A stretch of DNA of 64,000 bases from Eledone cirrhosa (Eukaryota): the NCBI GenBank assembly GCA_964016885.1, contig OZ024740.1:183954001-184018000 (forward strand), read 5' to 3'. Every line of letters begins with the position of its first letter. Position 1 is the first letter of the stretch. The translations under genes were made by a program, and so were the position numbers. The notes below the pieces were generated by a model. That model worked only from the letters and a program-made list of their open reading frames with translations, did no database searches and had not been told where the DNA came from. This document shows positions 13,060 to 25,303 of this stretch, piece by piece.

Positions 13060-13917
13060 TGACCTTTGATTTATATGTAACTTTACCCCCGCTGTCAAAC
13101 ACAGATAAACACATATAATTTACCAGACAAAACCCCGATAAAAATGGTTCATCGTCTCTGCTGAACTTCCAGCGTGGAGTAACACAATGAGGTACTATAT
13201 ACACCAACTTCTAAAGGAAAGCTGCCAGTAGAGACCTGTTTGTGCATTATAGATCAAACCTTCCCCTTGGTGTTAAAACTGGATACATAAGAAATGAAGT
13301 TACGCGTATCCGGAATAAATTTAGCAAGACAGAGTACAGATCACTCACACTGCACACTTCATAGATGTACTGAAGACGAACGGATACCCAACATCCACAG
13401 AGAATCAACTTAAGAATCGATGGTGCTGCAGGCTTAAGACCTCCTCTATCATTTGCTTCGTGAAATTAACACATTTCAGCGAAAGTATAACCACAGCTAT
13501 CCGCAAAGAAGGACTGGACATACAATTAGCACACCCCGGCCCTTCACTCCGGGCATACCGGCCTAAAACGCAATCCAGAGACAACAACAATCAATGCTCG
13601 CTGCCTAACTGCTCAATCCGGGATATAGGTATGTGCCAGCGGACACATGTTGTATACTGCATTGAGTACAACACATGTAAGGAGTTCTACATTGAGTGCA
13701 ACACATGTAAGGAGTTCTACATTGGTAGCACGACTCGGGCGCTCCACACTCGCATTAAAGAACACTTCAACACACACACATCTTCATTCAAAAACACATT
13801 GACTAATGTAGAATCATCAATCAACATATTACTGTTGCTATTGAAGCTAGTGACAGGAATGTGGGCTATTTAAGAATTAAGGAAGCCTTGCTCATACGTA
13901 GACTCAAACCTCAAATA
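13060..13917 (+). pseudogene. Penelope-like element fragment (RT C-terminal region plus GIY-YIG)
   Basis: VVYCIE(C)NTCKEFYIGSTTRALHTRIKEH and LRIKEALLIRRLKPQIN. 30-bp tandem duplication at 13660-13719. Cut at the 3' end by a SINE. Confidence 0.85.
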
Positions 13918-14100
13918 AATAATTGTTTCTACTTTTGGCACAAGGCCAGCAATTACCCAGTGCATTACTGGTACTTTATTTTATCGACCCCGTAAGGATG
14001 AAAGGCAAAGTTAACCTCGGCGGGATTTGAACTCAGATAGTAAAGGGACGTAACTGTGCTACAAAGCAGGGCATCTGACTCTCTACCGATACTGCCAGGT
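13918..14100 (-). mobile_element. tRNA-type SINE
   Basis: Reverse complement has B-box-like GAGTTCAAATCCC, the family core and an AGAAACAATT tail. Confidence 0.85.
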
Positions 14101-14556
14101 TAGAACTCAGCACACAATATTTAACATAAAAATACGCACGCACACAAACTAAACAACATCTCACACAGAAAAGAAAATTGATTTCGCGAAATACTACATT
14201 GGCAATTGACGTCATTCTCGTGATAAACGAAAAAAAACATTAAAAACAAAAACGCTTGAAAACGACTTAGAATTACCTAAATCAAAATTTAATCTCAAAG
14301 AGAGGAAATTGGAACATTATAAACTGAAATTTCCTTAAACCCTGAAGAATGGACTTTTATGGCTCAACATTCTGGACAAAAAATAGAACAACAAAAAAAC
14401 AAAAACAAACAGAACAAAGATTAGCAGATAAATTATTTTTCGTTACCTCATCTTACATTCCATTTTGCGTTGTTTAGCCTTCTATCTATTTCAGTGTTTT
14501 ATATTATTACAATGTTTCAAGTAAACCACAATATTTTATTACATATATATATATCA

Positions 14557-14690
14557 CTCCATCTTTGTGTATTACAAACCCAGAAACAATATACCCCAAA
14601 ATATGCTATCTCAGTATTTTAGCTAAAATCACACACTCACTCACATATTTGGGTAAATTGTCTCTGGGTTAGTAATGCACACAGACGGAG
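14557..14690. mobile_element. Imperfect palindromic MITE-like element
   Basis: ~48-bp inverted arms CTCCATCTTTGTGTATTACAAACCCAGA... / ...TCTGGGTTAGTAATGCACACAGACGGAG. Confidence 0.6.
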
Positions 14691-15832
14691 AGAGATTCAT
14701 GTTTGACAAACTTCATTTACAGATGTATATATATATATAGTGATTGTATGATTTTTATGTGTCCTTGAGCAGTTATAAATTCAATTCCAATTTTCAATTT
14801 CGGTATATATGTTAAAAAGTATGCTTAGCTGATGAGGTCTTATAAAGACGAAAACATACACCAAACTGTTATCCGTGCTTGCTGTAAGCGTTATCTAATA
14901 TTGTTTCGACTAAAAATATTAATTTCTAGTAAGAATCTTAATGGTGTATGCATTATATATGTTAACGGTAACTGACCGATTTTTACCGACGTGTTGCAAG
15001 ACAATATTCGACTCTCACAAACTTGATGCTTTCTGTGTATTTGCTTAAACGTGTTAATATAGCAGATAAATCTCTTCCAGCAAAGGTCGTATTGCCTTTA
15101 AAATAATGACTACATGTTTTATGTCTAAAATATTAGAAGAGCATATTCTTCCAAATAAACGAATTGACTAAACCTAAAGGCAGAGATAAAATGCTTCATT
15201 CCATTTTGATTGGTTACCTATTTGATTCCTACCATAGCTTTACTCAAGAAGACATTCGTCTATCCCATAACGACAGCAACAACATCGGAACTTTCTGTGT
15301 CTGATTGAAATAGCAACTAACTCTATGACACATGTTTCAGTAATGTGATACTGTAAGGCAGTAAAAAGTGGACAGTAAAGTCAGAAAACATTCAAATATT
15401 GAAAAGAAATGAGGTAATTATTATTCCTTGGATATGCAATGTAATCTTGATAAATATCGGTTAAACATAAAAATCGGGTAAACAGAAACATCTAGATCTT
15501 AGATATCAAATGCGTTGGTCAGTGTATCCATAAAAAGTGAATGAGTTGATATTATGTGCATGTAAAAAGACTGGCTGGCTGCATTCAAGATGAATAGTTT
15601 GGCTTGCGTTGATTGCAGACTGTATACAAAGTCGATATAGCAATAAGAACACATAGGAGGAACTACTGAATGTAAACATTTCAACGTTCATATTAATTAT
15701 TTTATACGCAATATGTTGAATACGTATTCATAGAAAGAATTCGTATTTGAAGATGGGAAGTAGATAGAAGGTATCTTGGGTGTTTCATGCAAGGAGCCCC
15801 AGTCATAACAATTCATCTTTTCCTGGTGACAG

Positions 15833-16310
15833 GAGGCGGGATTTGAATGCAGATTACATAGAACGTAAACAGATACTTAACGTCATTTGGTCCGACACTC
15901 TACCAATTCTGCTACTCACCGTCATTTACTGGTACTACATTTAGGGATCCCGAAAGGATGAAAGATAATGATGACTTCACTGGGATTTGAAATCAGAATG
16001 CTGAGAGCCAAAACAAATAGTGCAAGGCATTAAATCCAACATTCTGATGAATCTGCCAATTCTTCATCAGCTAATTACGTTTTGAACGATTATCAATATC
16101 GATAGAGCGTCCGACAACCTGCTTTGTGGCATAAAGTTAAGTCCCTTTACATTCTGATTTCAAATCCCACCGAGGTTAGCTTTGTCATTCATCCTTACGC
16201 GTTCGGTAAAATAAAGTACCTGTAACGAACTGGGATCGATATAATCGACTACAACCCCCCCCCCCTCCCGCCAAATTGTTGGCCTTATGCCTAAATCAGA
16301 CACCATTATT
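15833..16310. mobile_element. Cluster of degenerate SINE copies (minus ~15833-16070, plus ~16095-16310)
   Basis: GGGATTTGAA, CCCGAAAGGATGAAAG and TTCAAATCCCACCGAGGTTAGCTTTG motifs of the same SINE family. Confidence 0.7.
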
Positions 16311-18172
16311 AGTCTTTTATATTGTATGAACTTGATATTTTATTGCTATCATTCTATTTGTATTATGTTTGCTCAACAATATGATTATACTTCTAACAAA
16401 TGATGCCTATAATTTCCGTTCTGTCTCTGCATGGTTTTCCTATAACATGCGATGTTCTCTTAAGGAAAACAAAACAAACAAACAATGCAGTGAAATTAAA
16501 AATGTAGTGAAATAAACACATCATTAAAGAATGCAATACTCTGTAAACACTGCAGACATGCCATACGAAATAAAGAATGCGTGAAATTGATCTGCATAGA
16601 AAAACCACCCGTTATTTCAAAATAGGAAATCCCTATGTGATTGTTGGAACTATTAATAACAGCAGCTAAATCTCCGTCAAAATGTATTCTACCGTCTTAA
16701 TATTTTTAAAAGGTGCATATTGGATAACGTATTGGTGTAGTCCTAGATACACTGTGAATGGAAAAAATATGACTTCATGTATATTATCAAATATTATTAA
16801 CCTGGCGATAATAACAAAAAACAACTAAGAAAGAATTATAGTATTGCATGAAAAAATATTTCATCCATATTATCTCTGTATGAACCCAACTGTTATTCCA
16901 CTTTTATTCAATTGCTTACTTGAAGTTTGTTGAAGGACACTTGGTAGCTCTAAAGAAACAGGTCAAACAATATATCTAGAAGTTTCTTCCTGTGATGATA
17001 TGATAAATATTTGTGTTTCATTGTCATTTAAAAGAATATATCATCTTTTTTTCCTATTGACATATTGTTTCTTAATACAGTGTTTTCGTTTTCTATTTTG
17101 TTACATGGGCGTTTATAAAAGATGTATTTAATTTATGCCTTATATTTGAGTTTAAGGAAAGAACATATTAATGATGTATTGTAAGCAGTGTATTTGGAAT
17201 ACCACAAACATCCACCAAAAAACAAACAAATATCTCATGTATGCTTGCACGATGTAGACGGATTCATTTAGATATTTATAGAATATAGATGTACAGAAGC
17301 GTTAAGCAAATTGAAATATTTTATTTTAACCACATAAAACTGTATTTTATATCCTAATGTTCTTGACATTTATTTCTATGATAAGAAAAAGAAAATGTAA
17401 TACCTGTATATCTTTTATACATTTATCATTACCTTTTACTTTGAGAAAACTGTTTTCTGGAAACTTTGTCAGACATAGAAGATCTATTTCTATGTCTGTA
17501 ATAATCTAAATTAAATACGTGTTGTGCAGGTGTTAACTTGTTCTACTTTATCTCGTATGCATGGCTATAAAACATACTATTAGAAGTTTCATAATATTTA
17601 GCAACCTATATCTACTTGGATACACTCCTTGAAACGTCGAAATATCAGCCACATCTTATTCAAACTAATTACAATCTACGAACTTCCCACCGTTTCCCCT
17701 CGATGAGTATTCAGTTATTCGATTAACTGAAATCCTATTTGTGAAGTTTTCACAGACACGTGTAATCTTAAGGTAATTCTCATAGATAACAAGCGCACCG
17801 CATTGTAAAATGACTGGGAATTTAAAGTATAAATGATTATCAGTAAAGCCTAGAGAGAAAGAGTAAGTAAAATCTACCTCAGCATTTTCCAGCTACTTTA
17901 TCTGCCCGCAAAGGGTGGAAAGCACGGTTAACGACATTGGAATTTAAGATAAGAGCCAAACTGAATATCGTAAGTCATTCTGTTTGTCGCTCTAATGATG
18001 ATGCTAATTTGCTGCACATATTGACTAATGTAGTCATATATAAATAGATAGCCCTTGTATGTTAATTATAACAGGGTAATTGACCTCATAGACATTTCCT
18101 CACAGGCTTGGAGATAGCAATGTTTTTCCTAGTGTTTATTTCCTTGAAGAATTAAAAGGTGAGATGGATTGT

Positions 18173-18366
18173 CAAACCTGCCAACCTCTAAAAACCCAAA
18201 CGGGGGTGTACCATGAAAAAGTGCCCCCAAACAGGGAGAAATGAGGCGTAATGGGAAGATTATACATAATGAAAACTATACCAATTTTCACAAGAGAAGA
18301 CATCGCTCAGCCACCCCAAAGTGGATGCAAGATCTCCCTGCCCGACGGGGAGAATTGACAGGTCTG
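18173..18366. mobile_element. ~194-bp MITE, copy 2, with 6-bp TSD GATTGT
   Basis: TIR CAAACCTGCCAAC / TTGACAGGTCTG; GATTGT at 18167-18172 and 18367-18372. Confidence 0.8.
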
Positions 18367-19139
18367 GATTGTCGTACTGTAATTGTTCTGTCTCTCAAGC
18401 TCCCTCAGTTCAAATCTTGCCGAGAGAAATATTGTTTTCTACACAGTTGGAATAGATACATAAATTATTAGTCCAGAACTGTATTTTGTTGCATTGAAAT
18501 GTCTTGTTATGTCTCTTCCGGTCATTTGCGCTCTGTACATATAAGGATCCAAATTAATTCGATGCTATGCTATTACCATTCATTCAAGGAGTGTAGCACT
18601 TGACATCTATATTCAATTGAATAATCTGCCCCTCATCATTTAAGTACAGTTTTGCATGGAATATACCAAGCATTATTAGGTTTCAATCCATCTGGAAACT
18701 TCTTCGACATAGAAAATGCGCTAACGAATCATATTTCTTAAATAAGCCATTTTTGTTATATTTCCTATATTGATGATAAGTAGCTTATTTGTTTAAACCG
18801 AAGGAGTGTAACAATCATCTTACAGAACCAAATAAAATGCCCTGCGATTTTTGTTACGTTCCTTTTATTTTGTAAGTTCACGTTTTGCCAGGCTCAGCTT
18901 CAAAATTACTAAATAAAAAGATATGTAGAACAAAATCATCACAATTTTGTTGATTATATGCTTGACGCTAAAGAAAATATGGAAGAAAATGATTGTATTT
19001 TATTTAAATTAATGTTAAATGAAATACGGCGATGACCACAGTGTCAGAAGGGAGATGGTCAAAGAAAAAGGAGGATTCAAGCTACTTTACATGGGATATT
19101 GTAAATCTAATCATTTAATACGGATATGTGTGGATGCAT

Positions 19140-19370
19140 AAACACTCATTGGTAACCAAATATAGAACACAAATCACACAAACTCCGACACCAACACACG
19201 AACAGACACCAAACTGAAAACACGCACGTAAGCGCATGCGCAAATAGAGAAAACAATAAATAAATAAATAAAAAGAGAATACGTAAACATTACTACACAA
19301 CGGGAAGAAACAAATTAGTGTCACTGATGATGTCACAGATATGTGAGGAAATAATTTTGAGAGACTAGCA
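19140..19370 (+). mobile_element. Solo PLE pLTR remnant with decayed HHR
   Basis: Shares GCGCATGCGCA and GTCACTGA.GA.GTCACA..TGTGA.GAAA with the element at 300-545. Confidence 0.6.
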
Positions 19371-19681
19371 AGCCCTCAACCGGAAGACTGGATCAGGTAA
19401 AAGAGTTAAAGAGTAAAGAGTAAGAGTATATCTATATTTTTAACTATTGGTCAATCAATGATAAAGAATGATTGCCAGCTAAATTAACTATAGGGATATA
19501 AAATATACGAAAGCAAATTATAACACAAACTAAACAGTGAGTGTGTTTTATTATATATTTCTGGCAACATTATAACAATGTGACACTCCCACATATAACA
19601 ATATTTGATTCAACGCACGATTTCATATCAAAACCCTTGCAAAACAAATTCATCGCCGTATATATATATATATATATATAT

Positions 19682-19866
19682 ACGTTATTCCGGGTTGAAT
19701 CGGAGGTAACCACAGTAAGTAAGGTACTCAATACATAGCAGAGTATAACAGTTTTAATATAGAAGAGATTCTACAGGACTAGAACTGTTTCATTCATTAG
19801 AAATCATCAGGAATCAATTCCTGATGATTTCTAATGAATGAAACAGTTCTAGTCCTGTAGAATCTC

Positions 19867-19874
<8 letters not shown>
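19682..19874. mobile_element. Fold-back element with a perfect 58-bp inverted repeat containing an HHR core
   Basis: Arms 19757-19814 and 19817-19874. CTGATGA at 19821, GAAA at 19840. Flanked by (TA)n. Confidence 0.7.
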
Positions 19875-19957
<83 letters not shown>

Positions 19958-20003
19958 AGGAAAAAGTATGACCGATTATACAGAGCGATTGCCGGTCAAG
20001 CAG

Positions 20004-21013
20004 AAATTGAAAGCTATAGAGTTTATCCCGAACTGGCGAAGCTCCTCGGTAGCACTGCCAAGCCAGCGATTGCTGGTAGTTGTCCATAGGCCCAGGGCTG
20101 AAAGTTCTCTTGAGGAGAGCGAACAGATGATCGGCTTCGATGCTCATGGTGGCCCTAAGAACGTCGTTGCTCTTCCTCTCCACAAGTCCTGTATAGAACG
20201 CCGAGGTGGATGTTCCACCGATGCTAGTGCCCAGCTGGTAGAAGACTGCGAGCGCTTGGAGACATTGCTGATTCCAAGCGCTATCCCTAGGTCTTTTCCT
20301 GATCCAGGAGTGCAGCTCCGTTAAGGAGACGAACTGGGGAAAAACACGTCTGGAAAACGGCGACACACGTCTCTTCACCATCAAGGAAGCACCAGATATG
20401 CCGCCCCCTCAGCGCGTGTTTGCGCATAATCAGCCACGGTATGTCCATTCCTCCACGCAACAGATGCTGACAGCAGATGGATCGTCGAACCATGGGAGCA
20501 CCCCTTTCATAAAAAGTAGAAGAGGAGGCGCCCCATTTTTGTCAGAGATGGGCGGGGGCAAGGCGCAACGGTTAGGTGGTAACAGATGACGGATGCTATC
20601 AACGCATTCGCCACCTCGGCCGGACGTTTCAAGGACAGCTTCCTCTCGGCCCATTTCTGGGTGAGAGAGGCCAGCCTGCCCGTCACCTCGCTCCAGTTTT
20701 TTCTCCATCTGGAGGTCCGGACTTAACTATACTCTGAGCAATTTAACGGCTCCTTCCGTCCAGCGCCACACGATGCTGTCGGACGGAATGGACTTGCCTC
20801 ACCAGGTGCCGAGCTGTAAACCCATCGACTTTCCCTGATTTAACTTTGCTTGCTCCCGTCAGTGCTTCATATTCCTTGAGAGCGGTGCCGAGCATTTCCA
20901 CATGTCCTGTACTTGACACCACCACGGTGACGTCGTCGGTGTAAGCCGATACGGATCTCTTACATTCCAGTTCGCATTGGATGCCTCCAATTTGCGCAGT
21001 AATGCCTCGAAGG
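20004..21013 (-). mobile_element. Tx1-type LINE fragment (copy C)
   Basis: SAYTDDVTVVVS, RRSICCQH and LAWQCYRG in minus-strand ORFs; 5' side abuts (TAA)n. Confidence 0.88.
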
Positions 21014-21059
21014 CTAATAATAATAATAATAATAATAATAATCATAATAATAATAATAA

Positions 21060-21612
21060 TGCTTTCTTTATTAACCACAAGGGTTTACATAAAGTAGACA
21101 TTAAGGACAGTACAGGATAATATAGGACGGTACAAATGGGCATTTCTGCGTGTAAAAAAAACAAAAAAAATAGAGGATGTAATAAAAGAACAATGAAATT
21201 TCCCCAATGGGGGGGGGGGAGAATTCCGAAGGCCATCGTGGAGAAAGCCCATTAAAAAAGCAAAGGTGACCCTGACCACCAGGGCAATTGTCCTCTCCCA
21301 GTTTTCCACCTTCAATTTACAGGCACATATTCAGAGTAGGTCCACGCACTCGGGCCATTCTTGCCTCTCTCACCAATCTTTCATCAAAAAGCTGGGAAGA
21401 GAGCACCTCCCTCTCTACCCTGATTTTCCTTATCAAATGAAATTGGAAAAAGTTAAGCTGGGCATCACCGAAGAGTTAAGTGCTCGTCTTCAGTCATTTT
21501 AGACGCGTCCACCATACTATCTCTTTCGCCATGGCAACCAGACAGATAAAAACTGCCTGCCCTGCCCGGGTAAAGGAAGAGGGCGGGGCAATCCTCACGA
21601 TGGACTCAGCAG
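21060..21612 (-). mobile_element. Tx1-type LINE 3' end (copy D, same family as A and F)
   Basis: Reverse complement closely matches 6795-7335; flanked by (TAA)n. Confidence 0.88.
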
Positions 21613-21879
21613 ATAATCGTAATAATAATAATGATTTCATTTATTGGCCACAAAGTCCGACATATAGTGGACAATACAAAAGACTGGGACAGTGGGCTTT
21701 TACAGAAAAATCGATTAAACAATATGAATAACAATAACAAAGTAACAAGAAAAATACAAGAACAATTCCCCAATAGGGGGGATGACCACCCAGGGTTCGC
21801 TCAAGTACCCAACCAATCCTGAACAACCCGACGCTTCGAGAGCACTCTGGAAGGGCACCCCTCTCCCCCTCAAATTTAC

Positions 21880-24800
21880 CCACCTACAGGCGCATGACCA
21901 GAGTAGACCCACTCACACGGGCCATTCTCGTCACATTCACCCACCTTTCAGCAGATATACTGGGAGGCAGCACTTCTCTCTCCACCCTCACCTTTCTTTC
22001 CAAGTGAAACTTGAAAAAGTTGATGGGAGATTAGCCGAAGAGAAATGTGTCTGTCTTCAGTCCTTTCAACCTCGTCCACCATACAATCTCTTTCGCTACT
22101 GCCACCAGACAGAGGAAAATTTCCTGCTCTTCTTGGCCAAAAGAAGGCGGCGGGTGGATCCTCACTATGTACTCGGCCGATAGCCGGATCCGTTCTACAC
22201 GTGACAACAGTTGTCCGGCATAACTCCACAAGTCAGTAATGCTCGGACACTGGACGAGTGCGTGCAGAACGGTTTGGTCGCTCTGCGCGCCTCTCAGGCA
22301 AGTCCGTTCGACAGCACTTCCGTGCCTGTAGTGTTTATCTCGAACAGGCAGTGACACCCGGTAGCACTGCCAAGCGAGGGATGTTTGGAAATTATCCATC
22401 GTCCCCGGCTCGAAAGTCCTCCGGAACAGACTGGTCAGTTCGACTTTGTTGACTCCCAGAGCCTCTCCGAGTGCGTCGTCGCACTAGCCCACCACTAATC
22501 CTCTATAGAACTCGAGAGTGGAAGTTCCACTGACTGCATTGCTCCCTGGAAGAGGGCAGTGAGTGCCTGGAAACATTCCAGATGCCGTCATCCTTTCTCG
22601 GTCTCTTCTTGACCCAGGACTGTAGCTCAGTCAAAGAAACGAGCTGCGGAAAGGCCTGTCTGACAAACGGCGACCACACCTGTTCACCGTTTAGGGAGAA
22701 TATCTGGAGATGCCGCAGCCTCAGTGCGTGCCTGCGCATCATTAGCCACGGCATGCCCAGCCCTCCACGTAAAGGGTGTTGGCAGCAGATGGACCGCCTC
22801 ACCAGCGGAACCTTACCCCTCCACAAGAATTTGAAGAGGAGCCGCTCCAAGATGGCGAGCGCGAGCCGCTCCAAGATGGCAAGGGACGACGGGCAGACGG
22901 TAGTAGATGACGGACGCGATGTACGCGTTCGCCACCTCCGCCCGACCTTTCAGTGATAGCTTCATCCCAGCCCATTTCTAGGTGAGACTGACTACCCTGC
23001 CCGTCACCTCGTCCCAATTCTTATCCAGCTCGAGGTCTGGCCCGAACCAAACCCCTAGAAACTTTAACGGTCCGTCCTTCCAGCGCCTAACGACGCTGTT
23101 GGACGGCATAGACTTGCCTCTCCAGGTGCCGAGTTGCAAGCCCACCGACTTTTCCGGGTTAAGATTTGCTGCCGTCAATCTTTCATATTCTTCCAATAAG
23201 TTGCCGACCACCTCGATTTCTGAGGAGTCCGACACCATCAAGGTGATGTCGTCCGCATAAGCAGACACAGCCTTTCCGTGTCCAGGTTCGAGCGGGATGC
23301 CCTGCAATAGCTCCAGCTTCCGCAGTAAAGGCTCGAGAGTCAATACGTACAGAAGGGAGGAGAGAGGGCAGCCTTGACGGACCGATCGGGAGACCTGAAA
23401 CGGTTCCGAGAGGTGGCCATTAATTTTAACCATCGAGCAGGTGCCGCTGTGCATTGCAGCGATCCAGCTTCTGAAGACGGGGCCGAAGACAGCCGCCTTG
23501 AGGACAGCCTTCAGGTACCGATGGTCGACCCTATCGAATGCTTTCGATTGATCTAAATTGAACAGAGCCCCACCGAAGCCAGGTTTACACCCTACCCTCT
23601 CTATGATGTATTGCATTAGGTGGAGGTTGTCGTGTATGGACCTGGTTGGGATTGCGCAAGTTTGCGCCTCCCCAACCAAATCCCCGACGACAAGCGCCAA
23701 CCTCTTCGCTAACACCCTGGCCAAAATCTTAAACTCTGTGTTGAGCAGAGTTATGGGCCTGAAATTGTCTAATGTGTCCCTCTTGTTCTCGTCTTTCCTT
23801 ATCAGCGCAACTACGCCCCGGCTCTCAGAACTTGGAATGATACCGTTTTTCTGCCAGTTGCAGTAAAGGGCTTCGAGGAGATTGGAGGACAAGTCTGGCA
23901 TATTTACGTAAAGCTCGTAGGGCAGACCATCCAAACCGGGTGACTTGCGCCTCATGCAGCCAACAAGGGCATCCTGAATCTCGGCTGAAGTAGTTGGCCT
24001 TTCGCAGCGCCCAGCGTCAGCCGTCGAGGTAGGGACTGAAGTCCACCATCATCTCTGACCCGCCATTTCCCCCGAAAAACCGTGCAAAATGTTGGTGAAA
24101 GGCCTCACACATATCTTGGAATCGATCAGCTCGGCCCGTCTCGGTCCGTCAAAGACCGAATCGTGGTTTTATTACCACGCTGCACCTCTGCCACGCGGGC
24201 CTATATTACAGCTTTGGTTCCCTTGTTTCTCAGAGCACGCGTCTTACCTCTGACAATGCAACTTTCGTGTTTCGCATTGAAGAAATGGTCTAATGCCATT
24301 CTCACCGCTAGCACGTCAGTTGCAATGCCACTACCAATAGCATCGTCTAACTTATCTACCAACTCACCCTCCATTCTATTTTTCTCTAACGCTACTTCTG
24401 TGCTAAACTCTATCGACATTACTCTAATCTCGCTTTTGAGAGCCCCTCCATCTATTGTTGACATCTCCTCCTGTCAACATTTTCTTAACTAAATTGTTGA
24501 CCTGGTCTCTGTAAGCCTTATGTGCCGGAAATGACATGTTTAGCTTCCAGTAACCAGGCCCTAACCTATTCGTCTTATCTGGGTCGACCATACAGATCAC
24601 AAACTTGTGATCTGAATAGGCGACCTTTTCAAAACGTGGACATCTTACACAATTTCTGTCTATTTTCCTAATGAATATCCTGTCTATATACGATCTAGAT
24701 GACCCTATGCGGTTAACCCAGGTCCACACTGGCGCATTAGGGAAATCTAGTCGGTACCTGTCAGACAGATGGAACTGGCTGATCAGGTTCTTGAGGCTTT

Positions 24801-25272
24801 TGCACCCCCGCTCCTATCGGATACTCCCACAGAGTTCCAGCGTGCGTCTAATATGCCGTTCCAGTCCCCCGCTAACAGTAAAGGGCGAGACGTACCCAGA
24901 AAGGCTTCCAGGCGTCTAAAGAAGTCAGGCCGTCCTGCCCCAATAGGAGCATAGACGGCCACCAGTCTAAAGGCACCACCTTCGTTTTTGTTCCAACTTC
25001 CCGCCCGGGACCCGGAAGATTGACCTTACCTCGCGTTCCAGGCCTTTCTTAAACGGCACTGTCACCCCACCTCCCATTTCCGGCCGGCTAGCAGATACAA
25101 AGATCTGATAGTCGTCGAAAATGGGGGATAGTGCGCGCGTGTCGGAAATCCTGGTCTCGCTGACGGCAATTACATTCATTTCTATAGACCTGACGTCGTT
25201 GAGCAGGTGACCCTGCTTCCAGGACGATCCCAGGCCTCGAACATTTAAACATCCTACTCTTAATACGGCCAT
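21880..25272 (-). pseudogene. Copy E ORF2: apurinic endonuclease plus reverse transcriptase
   Basis: MAVLRVGCLNVRGL, AVSETR, SYIDRIF, YSDH, KSPGLDGL, RPITLLN, DQSKAFDRVDH, RQGCPLS, YADD; several frameshifts. Confidence 0.93.
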
Positions 25273-25303
25273 GTTGGCAGGTTAACAAGAGAGAGAGGAA
25301 GGT

